Origin: a virus
Taxonomy: Duplodnaviria; Caudoviricetes
Reading direction: 5' to 3' (one strand)
Length of the DNA: 37,403 bases
Virus record (IMG/VR): IMGVR_UViG_3300025137_000108
Location: 1-37,403 of that record
Shown: positions 1 to 7,896 of the stretch, one piece after another
Layout of the letters: the number at the start of each line of letters is the position of its first letter
Numbering within the stretch: the stretch's first letter is position 1
Made by a program: the position numbers and the translations under genes
Notes under the pieces: generated by a model
Told to the model about the DNA's origin: nothing
The model's database searches: none
Seen by the model: the letters and a program-made list of their open reading frames with translations, nothing else

Positions 1-5
1 GAAGA

Positions 6-302
6 ATGAATGAACATACATGGGAAAAACTAGACGCTGATATGCGAAGCGAAATGTCTGAGCAATACATACAAGAAAGATGCCCGCATGAAGATACATT
101 TGTAGATAGTATAACGGTAAAAGTATATTCAAAACCTGTTGGTGATTTACAAGATTGGAGAACATTCTTAGCCACAAACGGCACAGAATTATTTTCTTTG
201 TATGCCGAAGTAGTATGCGAAAGGTGTGGTGCAAGCCAACAACATTCGATAGACATGGACGATGTGCTTAGTCATACTGATGGTTTGGGGTGGGAAGAAT
301 GA
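6..302 (+). CDS. Small acidic Zn-ribbon protein (CxH...CxxC)
   Basis: 98-aa ORF with CPH and CERCG motifs; stop overlaps the next ATG (ATGA). Confidence 0.7.
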   Translation: MNEHTWEKLDADMRSEMSEQYIQERCPHEDTFVDSITVKVYSKPVGDLQDWRTFLATNGTELFSLYAEVVCERCGASQQHSIDMDDVLSHTDGLGWEE

Positions 303-1198
303 TAACACATACTTTTAAGTTAAAAGAATTAACGGTGTGGTATTCTTCGCCCGTAAGGAGAAACGATGGGGGTAAAACCGTTATACAACAATGTGATGTA
401 GTATTGCAGAATAAGAGTAATGATTTCCGTATTATTAGGAGAGAAGTATTGAAGCAATTATTAGACTATTGTTATGAATCATGCCGCCAAGAACCTTTGA
501 GTAAATCCGAGTTTAATTTTATGTATAGAAATTGTATAGAACACAGACCATCTAGTTTTTCGCTAAAAGAAATAATACATGATGCTATTTATGATGCCGA
601 TGATGTAGAAATTACATTCATCTGTGCCGACGGCCGTGATGAAGATACTGATGAGGAAAGCGTATTAGAGATACCGAAAAAGAAACCACTACAATTGGAT
701 GATATGTTTTTCACTACTTGTCGTGATACTTTATCTAGTGTGGTGTGGGCGAAAAGTCAAGATATACCAAAATTGTCAATGAACACTAAAGCCACTAAAG
801 AAATGAGAAATCTTAAGAGGGGTAAAGTCCTTTGTAGTATTTTTACGTCAAATATAATATTAGACACACTCAATGATGACGGTTCAGGACTAGCCTATTC
901 AGTCTCACTAGAGATAACACAATTACCAAGACACTATACCGTAGCGGTGAGAATTAAGTGCGGTAGTGGGTATGTACAGCCTGTACCTGCACACACCAAT
1001 GACGGGCTTGTATGTATGGAAAACAACGATGTTTTACATGGGGTCTTGAAACAGACTTTAGAGAACCTAGATAATGAAATAAGATTGGGTAATTTATCGA
1101 AAACAAAAGGTAAAAAGGCGTGGAATAAATACAACCCTAACCTTTGGTTTTCCGATAAAAATAAGTTAGAACGTGAAAATTATTTATTCTTTTTATGA
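299..1198 (+). CDS. Hypothetical protein (~299 aa)
   Basis: Long ORF; ATG at 299 coupled to upstream TGA; no motif recognised. Confidence 0.75.
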   Translation: MITHTFKLKELTVWYSSPVRRNDGGKTVIQQCDVVLQNKSNDFRIIRREVLKQLLDYCYESCRQEPLSKSEFNFMYRNCIEHRPSSFSLKEIIHDAIYDADDVEITFICADGRDEDTDEESVLEIPKKKPLQLDDMFFTTCRDTLSSVVWAKSQDIPKLSMNTKATKEMRNLKRGKVLCSIFTSNIILDTLNDDGSGLAYSVSLEITQLPRHYTVAVRIKCGSGYVQPVPAHTNDGLVCMENNDVLHGVLKQTLENLDNEIRLGNLSKTKGKKAWNKYNPNLWFSDKNKLERENYLFFL

Positions 1199-1398
1199 TT
1201 CTAAATTACGCAAAAAGAATAACAGGCTTGCAGTACTGCGGTTTTGTTAATTCTTTAATTAATTCAATAGTATGTTTGGTAAGCCCACTACTATTATTCT
1301 CATCTATATTATAGAAGAAATAAAATTAATTAGAAAATGGAGAGCAGTACAGCGTTTTATTCTTTTTACGAAAAGCAGAAATAAAAAAAAGAATTAAA
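1183..1398. repeat. Long imperfect inverted repeat flanking an AT-rich spacer (candidate replication origin)
   Basis: CGCAAAAAGAATAA (1209-1222) vs TTATTCTTTTTACG (1357-1370), 13/14 reverse-complement match. Palindrome GCAGTACTGC (1230-1239) mirrored by GCAGTACAGC (1344-1353). TAATTAATT/AATTAATTA and ATTCTTTTT/AAAAAGAAT are also mirrored. Confidence 0.75.
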
Positions 1399-1400
1399 AG

Positions 1401-1418
1401 TTTATAATCGAAAGAAAA
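1401..1418 (+). promoter_or_regulatory. Conserved viral promoter copy 1 (TTTATAATCGAAAGAAAA)
   Basis: A-rich BRE-like stretch + TATA + conserved tail; TATA starts 31 nt before ATG 1432. Confidence 0.75.
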
Positions 1419-1431
1419 GGAGAGAAGAAAT

Positions 1432-1827
1432 ATGGCAAGAAATACGAGAAGAAATTATGTGGTGCATGAAGAAGTGTATCATATACTAAAAGAGAAGCCG
1501 GATGGTATGACAGCACAAGAAATAAATGATGTTCTTAACGAAAGGCCAAAGAACCAAGATGAACCATCTACTTATAGGAGATACAGGGGTCTAGCAAAGG
1601 GTAACTCGACTATACAGTTATCATCAATTTTGAGAGGTGGAATCTTGTTTGATTCTTATGATTCAGAAATGAAAAGAGATTCTCTAGGTAGACTAACACC
1701 AATGAAGGTGTATGTAACAAGGACATTAGAAGAAGCATACCAAAAAATGCTAGAGACAAATAAACCTATCAGTAAGTTTCCTAAAGTATTACAGAATTAC
1801 GCTAAAAGTAAGGAGATGACACAATGA
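1432..1827 (+). CDS. Winged-helix DNA-binding protein
   Basis: VHEEVYHILKEKPDGMTAQEINDVLNE ... STIQLSSIL pattern typical of wHTH. Confidence 0.6.
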   Translation: MARNTRRNYVVHEEVYHILKEKPDGMTAQEINDVLNERPKNQDEPSTYRRYRGLAKGNSTIQLSSILRGGILFDSYDSEMKRDSLGRLTPMKVYVTRTLEEAYQKMLETNKPISKFPKVLQNYAKSKEMTQ

Positions 1828-2699
1828 AGGCCAACATAATAGAAACTTATGGAGATACAGATATTGTATGGAATAAGATTTATGGTGAACATACATCGAA
1901 AACACCTACGACTCTTATAGTCTTTAATCAAAATGAGAAGGGATATGCTAGTTTTATTACAGGCATGGGTTTGATAGGTGATGAGAAACCTGTCGCTAGA
2001 ATCTTTAGTAGATTGCATCAAGTAGAGCCTTTCAATAATTACCCCGAACCTGTATTTCCTGAATGGAGATTGTTTGAAAAGAAAAATATGGACGGTGATA
2101 GATTCTTTATTCTTAGAATTACACATACATTCCCTGTGCATAGTGATGATGAATCTTCTATATCGTGGTTATACACATATCCAATTATTAGAGATATAGT
2201 TTTAGCACTAAATAATAAGGGTGTTCATTCTCTATGTTATCTTACGGTAAATCTAATGCAAGAGTTTTCTACTACTACTCACGGCATGATACATGAGAAT
2301 CAAATAGGAATCTTTGACTACATGAACCACGAAGAAGATATTCAGTTAATTCAGCGTAGGCATGAAGATTCAATTAGGTTACAACATCTTAAACCACTAA
2401 AAGAAGATATAGTAATGCCGTTGCCTGTTTGGACTTTTGGTTCGGTGTTCAAAAACTTCTGCACTAATACTATTAAGGAAAATATAACTGTAATAGGTGG
2501 TAGGGATAGAAACACGTTTGTGAATACTGAAACACAAGAAACACTATCATGGTTTGTTCAAGATAAATATAAATTGACCGTAGACCATGAGAAGGAAAAG
2601 TATTTAACCGTTCTATTGTCTGACTTAGAACACCTTACCAAGCCGCTAAGTATTGATAGGGCTATGGTAGAGTTTGGGGGAAATGAGTATGGAGAGTAA
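1824..2699 (+). CDS. PAC2-family (proteasome assembly chaperone, PbaA/PbaB-like) fold protein
   Basis: By-eye match to the PAC2 pattern: PTTLIVF..GYASFI..LI..PVARIFS; WRLFE..DGDRFFIL..FP; YPIIRDIV....KGVHSLCYL; C-terminal FVN.ET.ETL...YKLTVD helix; ends ..EYGE. Confidence 0.55.
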   Translation: MKANIIETYGDTDIVWNKIYGEHTSKTPTTLIVFNQNEKGYASFITGMGLIGDEKPVARIFSRLHQVEPFNNYPEPVFPEWRLFEKKNMDGDRFFILRITHTFPVHSDDESSISWLYTYPIIRDIVLALNNKGVHSLCYLTVNLMQEFSTTTHGMIHENQIGIFDYMNHEEDIQLIQRRHEDSIRLQHLKPLKEDIVMPLPVWTFGSVFKNFCTNTIKENITVIGGRDRNTFVNTETQETLSWFVQDKYKLTVDHEKEKYLTVLLSDLEHLTKPLSIDRAMVEFGGNEYGE

Positions 2700-4023
2700 T
2701 TTTAACGTATTTGAAAAGACGCAAGAGTTTGCTACAAGAAACTTCTTCATAGATGTAGAAGATAAGATACCTATATTTCTATGTAGTATTGGTGGGCATT
2801 TATTTAACACATTGAATAAATGTAGCCGATGCGACTTCGACCCTGATAGCCCATTATATGCTACCGGAGATTTCGTTATAGAGCATTGTCCTTTACGGCA
2901 TAACAATATCCCTTTCTATACACCCATGTCGCAATTACCCGATACAAGGATTCACCTAATGCTTAGAGGTGCTAAAGGTTCGGGTAAAAGTATTATGATT
3001 CTTATGTTCTTAGCAGAAGGCACAGGACTTATCCATAGCAACAATGCAGATATGGGTCAAGGATATAATACGATGATGGGTGCGAACTCGGTTACAGAAG
3101 CAGGTATGTTTGGTTCGGTAGACGAGGACGGCAACATAGCAGGACGACCAATCGCTAGAGAGTTATGTGGTGGATTCTTAGGCTTTGAAGAGTTTAGTAG
3201 TATGTCCGATGCGTCTAAAAAAGACCACAGCCTAGATATGAAAAATCAATTACTTACATCCCTAGATAATGGTAGAGTGAATAAGGCCATGAGAAACGGA
3301 TGGGTTAATTATACTACAAGATATACAGTTTGGGCGGGAACACAACCGGCAAGATTTGAGTTAGAATCAGGTCTTGATAGAAGATTCTTTATCATTGATA
3401 TTGAAATGTCTCCTGAAAAGGAACAGGCTTACAAGAGAGCCCAACACGCACAGGCAAATATGCAAGTTCCCGAAAGAGTAGAATTGGCTAATCTCAATAT
3501 TGAGATTAAGGATTGGATTAGGGCTAGACAACAATACGCTACACGTAATCCACCGACAGGTGTTTTGTTTGATGATGAAGTAGCAGAATGGATTAACAGA
3601 CCGGATGTCCGTTCTTTTGAGGCAGATTTATTCCGTAGATTATGTATAGGTTATCATATGATGCAACCTAATTATGTTGGTGGGCAAGCACTAATTATTA
3701 CCCTTGATGATACTCTTAGGGGAATACTAAATCAATCACTAGAGATGAGAAGAAGAGTGATGGATGCAGACCTTGAGTTAATCAAGACTACGTTTTGGAT
3801 GAAGGATATATCGAAATCTGTATTGCTGAAAGAAGTCTCCAAGATGGTTACGTCGGGTGATTATCAATCAGCAAAGAGATGGGTTACTGAAAACTTAGAA
3901 GGTCAATCATGGTATGGAGAATACGCACCAAACGTCAAGAGGCGTGGTAGGAAAGGTGTTACTTGTCGTATCGGCACACAACGTCTTGAGACTGATGAAG
4001 AAGAACAAAAGTGGGGTATATAG
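2689..4023 (+). CDS. mcm: MCM-like AAA+ ATPase/helicase lacking the MCM N-terminal domain
   Basis: Walker A GAKGSGKS; MCM-like SVTEAGMFGSV; Walker B GGFLGFEEF; Arg-finger LDRRF; lid helices and probable C-terminal WH. CSRC..C..H insert before Walker A. Start 2683 or 2689. Confidence 0.7.
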   Translation: MESNFNVFEKTQEFATRNFFIDVEDKIPIFLCSIGGHLFNTLNKCSRCDFDPDSPLYATGDFVIEHCPLRHNNIPFYTPMSQLPDTRIHLMLRGAKGSGKSIMILMFLAEGTGLIHSNNADMGQGYNTMMGANSVTEAGMFGSVDEDGNIAGRPIARELCGGFLGFEEFSSMSDASKKDHSLDMKNQLLTSLDNGRVNKAMRNGWVNYTTRYTVWAGTQPARFELESGLDRRFFIIDIEMSPEKEQAYKRAQHAQANMQVPERVELANLNIEIKDWIRARQQYATRNPPTGVLFDDEVAEWINRPDVRSFEADLFRRLCIGYHMMQPNYVGGQALIITLDDTLRGILNQSLEMRRRVMDADLELIKTTFWMKDISKSVLLKEVSKMVTSGDYQSAKRWVTENLEGQSWYGEYAPNVKRRGRKGVTCRIGTQRLETDEEEQKWGI

Positions 4024-4632
4024 ATGAGGACAGCAAGAGAAATACAACAAAGACTGCAAGGAGAAAATGATGCTTTTGCCATCGAGGTTCTTAGGTGGGT
4101 TTTAGATGGTGGCTGTCCTATGTGCGACCATAAATCCAAGAAGGATTATGAATTAGGTATAATGAATGAAGAGTTTAGTGCTACGTTCTTAGAAGTAAGA
4201 CACAATTGGAATGAAGGTGTAGTTATGAATCACATAGATAACCATATAGAGTTTGATGCTTTAGAAGCAAGAAACATGGAAAATGATAGACAACAAACTA
4301 TCTCTACTTTAGATGCGGCAGAAGATATTGTTATTAGGATTCAGAATTACCTAAACGAATTAGAAGTGCAGAAAGAAGCGGCAGGTGGAATATCTTCTGA
4401 GTTTGTTACAGATGCGGCAAAACTAATTGGACAGGCTAACTCTTCTTTGAAATTGGTAGGCCAATTGAAAAAGGAAATAGGTGTAGATTCGCAATTAATG
4501 TTGGCTCAAGCACAGGTCAATGATATGTCAAGAATACTAATAGATGTATTAGGTTCTCACCCACAGTTACTAGACCAAGTAGAATTGAAAATGGCTCTAC
4601 TAAAAGAACCTTCGGTGATTATTAATGACTAA
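4024..4632 (+). CDS. Zn-finger/HTH + coiled-coil protein (terminase small subunit-like)
   Basis: CPMCDH...NHIDNH metal-binding HTH pattern followed by long amphipathic helices (LKLVGQLKKEIG). Confidence 0.4.
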   Translation: MRTAREIQQRLQGENDAFAIEVLRWVLDGGCPMCDHKSKKDYELGIMNEEFSATFLEVRHNWNEGVVMNHIDNHIEFDALEARNMENDRQQTISTLDAAEDIVIRIQNYLNELEVQKEAAGGISSEFVTDAAKLIGQANSSLKLVGQLKKEIGVDSQLMLAQAQVNDMSRILIDVLGSHPQLLDQVELKMALLKEPSVIIND

Positions 4633-4873
4633 GAAATGGCGGTCTGATTCTATCAAGACTCTTATAAATAGAGCAATCTATGAAAAGGATTTACCTAATT
4701 TGGTTGAAGCCATGAAAGAAGATAATCTTACGGCAAATATAACTCACAACGGAATAGAATGGTATCACGCAGATTATAGAGTAACTAAGACTTCTATAAT
4801 GGATGTTTGGGGTCTAACCGCAGGGCAAATGGAACGTGTTCAGACTTACGTCTATGGGCATGACCCATTCTAA
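4625..4873 (+). CDS. Hypothetical protein (82 aa)
   Basis: GGTGA SD at ~4614, overlaps upstream stop. Confidence 0.7.
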   Translation: MTKKWRSDSIKTLINRAIYEKDLPNLVEAMKEDNLTANITHNGIEWYHADYRVTKTSIMDVWGLTAGQMERVQTYVYGHDPF

Positions 4874-4926
4874 CTTTATATAGTTCAGTTTCAAAAAAAT
4901 ATGTGGAAAAAAATTGTGGTGGGCGT

Positions 4927-5592
4927 ATGGGTATAGTGATATTTACAGATGACGATAGTAAGTTTATGGAATCTAAATACATTATGATGATAGGAGAAAT
5001 TGATACACCACCTACTGATAAAGACACTACTTACATTCTCCGTAGTAATAAGTTTAAGGAAAAGGATGTATTGGAATGGTTGCCTATGATAGCAAACCGA
5101 CTTGTGGTTTGTTGTGATAAGCCACCAAAAATTACTACTAAGAGTGAGGATTATGTAATCATATCTGACTCTCTTAAGATTAAGGGTAAAACTAACCACT
5201 ACTCACCTATCAATGCTTTATTGTCATGGAAAGATAGAAGAAGAGTCAATGCAGTATTTAGTAAAACACCTTTACCTTTGGCTAAAGCATTCTTGAAAGA
5301 AAATGACGTAGACATAACAATATGGCGTAAATTAGCCAAAACTGCTATGTTTTTACCGGAAAAGTATGTTAGAGCCATAATGGTTTATGGTATAGAACCT
5401 GCTCATAAGAAAACTAAGTTCCCTAAAAAAAAGAAGCAAGAATATACACATGAACATTGTCGTTCAAGTGATAAGCATATAGAGGTCATAGTAAAAAACT
5501 CTATAACCGTAAGTAATCGTATTAAGGAACAAGGCGGAAGCGTACCTAAAGGTATGAAGAAGTCTAAGGGTTTGGTTAGTGAGTGGTTATGA
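4927..5592 (+). CDS. Degenerate clamp-loader large subunit (RFC-L-like, no Walker A)
   Basis: Collar-like SPINALL...TPLPLAKAFLKEN resembles archaeal RFC-L P..L..WI.EN; basic tail; C-terminal PIP-like GLVSEWL. ATG 4927 follows GTGGTGGG. Confidence 0.5.
   Translation: MGIVIFTDDDSKFMESKYIMMIGEIDTPPTDKDTTYILRSNKFKEKDVLEWLPMIANRLVVCCDKPPKITTKSEDYVIISDSLKIKGKTNHYSPINALLSWKDRRRVNAVFSKTPLPLAKAFLKENDVDITIWRKLAKTAMFLPEKYVRAIMVYGIEPAHKKTKFPKKKKQEYTHEHCRSSDKHIEVIVKNSITVSNRIKEQGGSVPKGMKKSKGLVSEWL
5500..5517 (+). promoter_or_regulatory. Possible intragenic copy of the viral promoter motif (TCTATAACCGTAAGTAAT)
   Basis: Matches AAAC-TATA-ACCGTAAG consensus; inside a CDS, ~90 nt before ATG 5589. Confidence 0.45.
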
Positions 5593-5792
5593 GTTTAATT
5601 TTATTGGGAATGATGGCAGAAGTGATAGGTAAAGCATTAACAGAACCTTACGTTAAACTTAGTATAGAGACTAGGTTAAGTGGAATAAAAGAAAAAGAAG
5701 TAGATTTAGTGGCTAATGATTGTGAGGGAATATCACACGGAGATTCATACATGATGGCCGCTATGTTTCAAAGCATGGGGAATGATTTATAA
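5589..5792 (+). CDS. Small hypothetical protein with hydrophobic N-terminus
   Basis: ATGA overlap with upstream stop; 67 aa. Confidence 0.6.
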   Translation: MSLILLGMMAEVIGKALTEPYVKLSIETRLSGIKEKEVDLVANDCEGISHGDSYMMAAMFQSMGNDL

Positions 5793-5816
5793 GCACTATG
5801 AGGCTTACATTTATAC

Positions 5817-6218
5817 ATGAGTGCTAATAACAAAAGAGTTAGGCGTATTATCGTGGACATTTTGTGGGAATATGGCTCTATGACTAAAGAGGGGATGGCC
5901 GCTATGTTAAGTAAAACGAAAAACATTAGGACAGTACCTTCTCCACACAGTCTTTCGGCTTTATTGAGTAAGAATCCACAGATTGTACAGGTAGGTTCTA
6001 CTAAAGTAGAAAATGCAATAGGTACATCAGCAAATCATTTAGTATATGACATTAATAGAAAGGTCATTAAATCAAAGGAAGATATTATGCTTACTAGAAG
6101 TCCGACTGTTATGACACCGGCTCAAATGCAAGAGGCACAACAATGTTCTTGTGGGAAGATAAGAATATTTCCGGTAAATGAAACTAGATGTCTACACTGT
6201 ATAAGAAAAGAACAATAA
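5817..6218 (+). CDS. Winged-helix + C-terminal Zn-ribbon protein, putative transcription regulator
   Basis: RRIIVDILWEYGSMTKEGM...SPHSLSALLSKN wHTH; CSC...CLHC; TTTATA 31 nt upstream. Confidence 0.6.
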   Translation: MSANNKRVRRIIVDILWEYGSMTKEGMAAMLSKTKNIRTVPSPHSLSALLSKNPQIVQVGSTKVENAIGTSANHLVYDINRKVIKSKEDIMLTRSPTVMTPAQMQEAQQCSCGKIRIFPVNETRCLHCIRKEQ

Positions 6219-6237
6219 AGCACTAAGGGGTAGGATT

Positions 6238-6606
6238 ATGCAGGGAATAGAAATGGATGACTTATCCACTATAATAGCAAGTGTATTTAATGCAGAAAAA
6301 CCAATAGATTTGGGACAAATATTAACTGCACAGAATATGTCCGAGGCCCAATACATGAGATTTGTACTTTGTCTCGCTACTGATGTAGATTACGAATTAG
6401 GGGATGACGAAGTAATAGATGATATGATTACTACTCTTCCCGAAAAAGTAAGTACAGAATATCTAAAGGGTATAATGGTAGGATTACTTTTATCCCTAGA
6501 AGCAGAAGCGAGAACAGGCGGCCAATTAGGTTTCAGACCTGCACACGCAGAAATTATGAGTTTATTCCAATCAGCAGAAGCATTGATTTACGAGAGACAG
6601 GTGTAA
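6238..6606 (+). CDS. Hypothetical acidic helical protein
   Basis: 122-aa ORF with GGGGTAGG SD. Confidence 0.75.
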   Translation: MQGIEMDDLSTIIASVFNAEKPIDLGQILTAQNMSEAQYMRFVLCLATDVDYELGDDEVIDDMITTLPEKVSTEYLKGIMVGLLLSLEAEARTGGQLGFRPAHAEIMSLFQSAEALIYERQV

Positions 6607-6635
6607 ATATGACGCTTAAGACACAGAACATAAAG

Positions 6636-6653
6636 TATATAACCGTAGAAAAA
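6636..6653 (+). promoter_or_regulatory. Conserved viral promoter copy (TATATAACCGTAGAAAAA)
   Basis: TATA starts 30 nt before ATG 6666. Confidence 0.75.
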
Positions 6654-6665
6654 TAAGGTATTAAT

Positions 6666-6815
6666 ATGGGAGAAACAGACTGCGACCCTAACCACCATGA
6701 GTTTGACTTTGTTAGACTTAAAGGTAGTATGAGGGGAGAAAGAATGTTAGTATATTGTACTTGTAGAATATGTGGAATGCAAACAGCATTAAACGGAACT
6801 ATGGGTCTTTATTAA
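6666..6815 (+). CDS. Small Zn-binding protein (49 aa; not in ORF track)
   Basis: Hand translation MGETDCDPNHHEFDFVRLKGSMRGERMLVYCTCRICGMQTALNGTMGLY*; follows the promoter motif at the conserved spacing. Confidence 0.7.
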   Translation: MGETDCDPNHHEFDFVRLKGSMRGERMLVYCTCRICGMQTALNGTMGLY

Positions 6816-6945
6816 ATCTCAAGTTGGCGAGGCTACCTAAACAGGTGGTAGCCCAAAACCGTAACCGATATGCACAGATAGAGTGAGGCTCACTTAAGTG
6901 AGATTTCTGATAATAAATAGAGCATTAACAAGTCGGATAAGCCAA
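6814..6945 (+). ncRNA. Candidate structured RNA / cis-regulatory leader upstream of rfcS
   Basis: Nested complementary segments TTGGC/GCCAA, GGCTACC/GGTAGCC, CCGAT/GTCGG, ATGC/GCAT, CAGA/TCTG, plus 14-bp palindrome CTCACTTAAGTGAG, in a ~150-nt gap. Confidence 0.35.
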
Positions 6946-6968
6946 TAAAAAATTAAGGAGAAAGTAAT

Positions 6969-7859
6969 ATGACAATATGGGCTACTAAATATAGACCTGC
7001 TCTCGGTGAGATAGTCGGTCAGAATGAAGTTATTAATGAGGTAACTTCTTTACAGCACTTTATCTTTTACAGTCCTCAAGCGGGAACGGGTAAAACAAGT
7101 CTTGCTTTGGCTATGGCTAAAGAATTAGAGTGGCCTATCCATGTGTTCAATGCTAGTAGCAAAAAGACTAGGGGTATTGACTTCGTAGAAGAAGAGTTAC
7201 TACCTATGTCTAGGACAGGCAACCCAAATCAATTCTTTTTACTCGATGAGGCAGACCAATTAACACCTGCCGCACAATCAGCATTAAAAGGTGTTATAGA
7301 AAACTCACAAGGTTACTTTATCCTTACTTGTAATGATTTAAGTAAAGTTAGTAAGTGGTTACAATCTAGGTGTAGGGTTTTGAAGTTTAATCCTATCTCT
7401 AAGGATGATATAGTAAAGAGACTATCTATGATAGCAGGTAAAACAGGGACTATTGTTACAGAAGGGCAATTAAATCTGATTGCTGATGCACACGAAGGAG
7501 ACTTAAGGAATAGTATCAATGCTTTACAGGCATTTTCTGTTCACCCCGAACCGGAAGGGTTCATCAACGGCCTTGTTTCACAGGGTCTTGACGCTAAACA
7601 CTTTCTCACGTTATGTTTCCGTGAGAATGATTATAATTTAGCCTTAAAAGAAACATACGGAATACCACCTAGAGAAGTGGTAAAAACAGTATTCGACTAT
7701 GCTATTACATCTACCGCAAAAGTAGATAGTATAATGCGTATCGTAGATGCCGCATCAATAACCGAAAGGGATTTGATACACGGTGTCGAGGAAAATATAG
7801 CCATAGCAAACTTTGTCCGTTTGTGTATGGAAGGATATACAAAAACTTTATATCCGTAA
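6969..7859 (+). CDS. rfcS: Replication factor C small subunit (clamp loader)
   Basis: WATKYRP, IVGQ, Walker A AGTGKTS, FNAS...RGID, LLDEAD, AQSALK, LQSRC, GDLRNSINALQ. Confidence 0.95.
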   Translation: MTIWATKYRPALGEIVGQNEVINEVTSLQHFIFYSPQAGTGKTSLALAMAKELEWPIHVFNASSKKTRGIDFVEEELLPMSRTGNPNQFFLLDEADQLTPAAQSALKGVIENSQGYFILTCNDLSKVSKWLQSRCRVLKFNPISKDDIVKRLSMIAGKTGTIVTEGQLNLIADAHEGDLRNSINALQAFSVHPEPEGFINGLVSQGLDAKHFLTLCFRENDYNLALKETYGIPPREVVKTVFDYAITSTAKVDSIMRIVDAASITERDLIHGVEENIAIANFVRLCMEGYTKTLYP

Positions 7860-7864
7860 GAAAA
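7847..7864 (+). promoter_or_regulatory. Conserved viral promoter copy (TTTATATCCGTAAGAAAA)
   Basis: Overlaps rfcS 3' end; 50 nt before ATG 7897, which has its own GAGG SD. Confidence 0.7.
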
Positions 7865-7896
7865 CCGGACTAGAATTACAACAAGAGGAAGCCAAT

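Noticed and set aside
4893-4919. Tandem AAAAAAAT(A)TGTGG x2 downstream of a TATA box
   Set aside because: Only two low-complexity copies; could be an operator but cannot be distinguished from chance.
6900-6925. CTGATAA as a hammerhead ribozyme core, or the region as a tRNA
   Set aside because: Does not match CUGANGA...GAAA with the required stems; no cloverleaf or T-loop GTTC motif.
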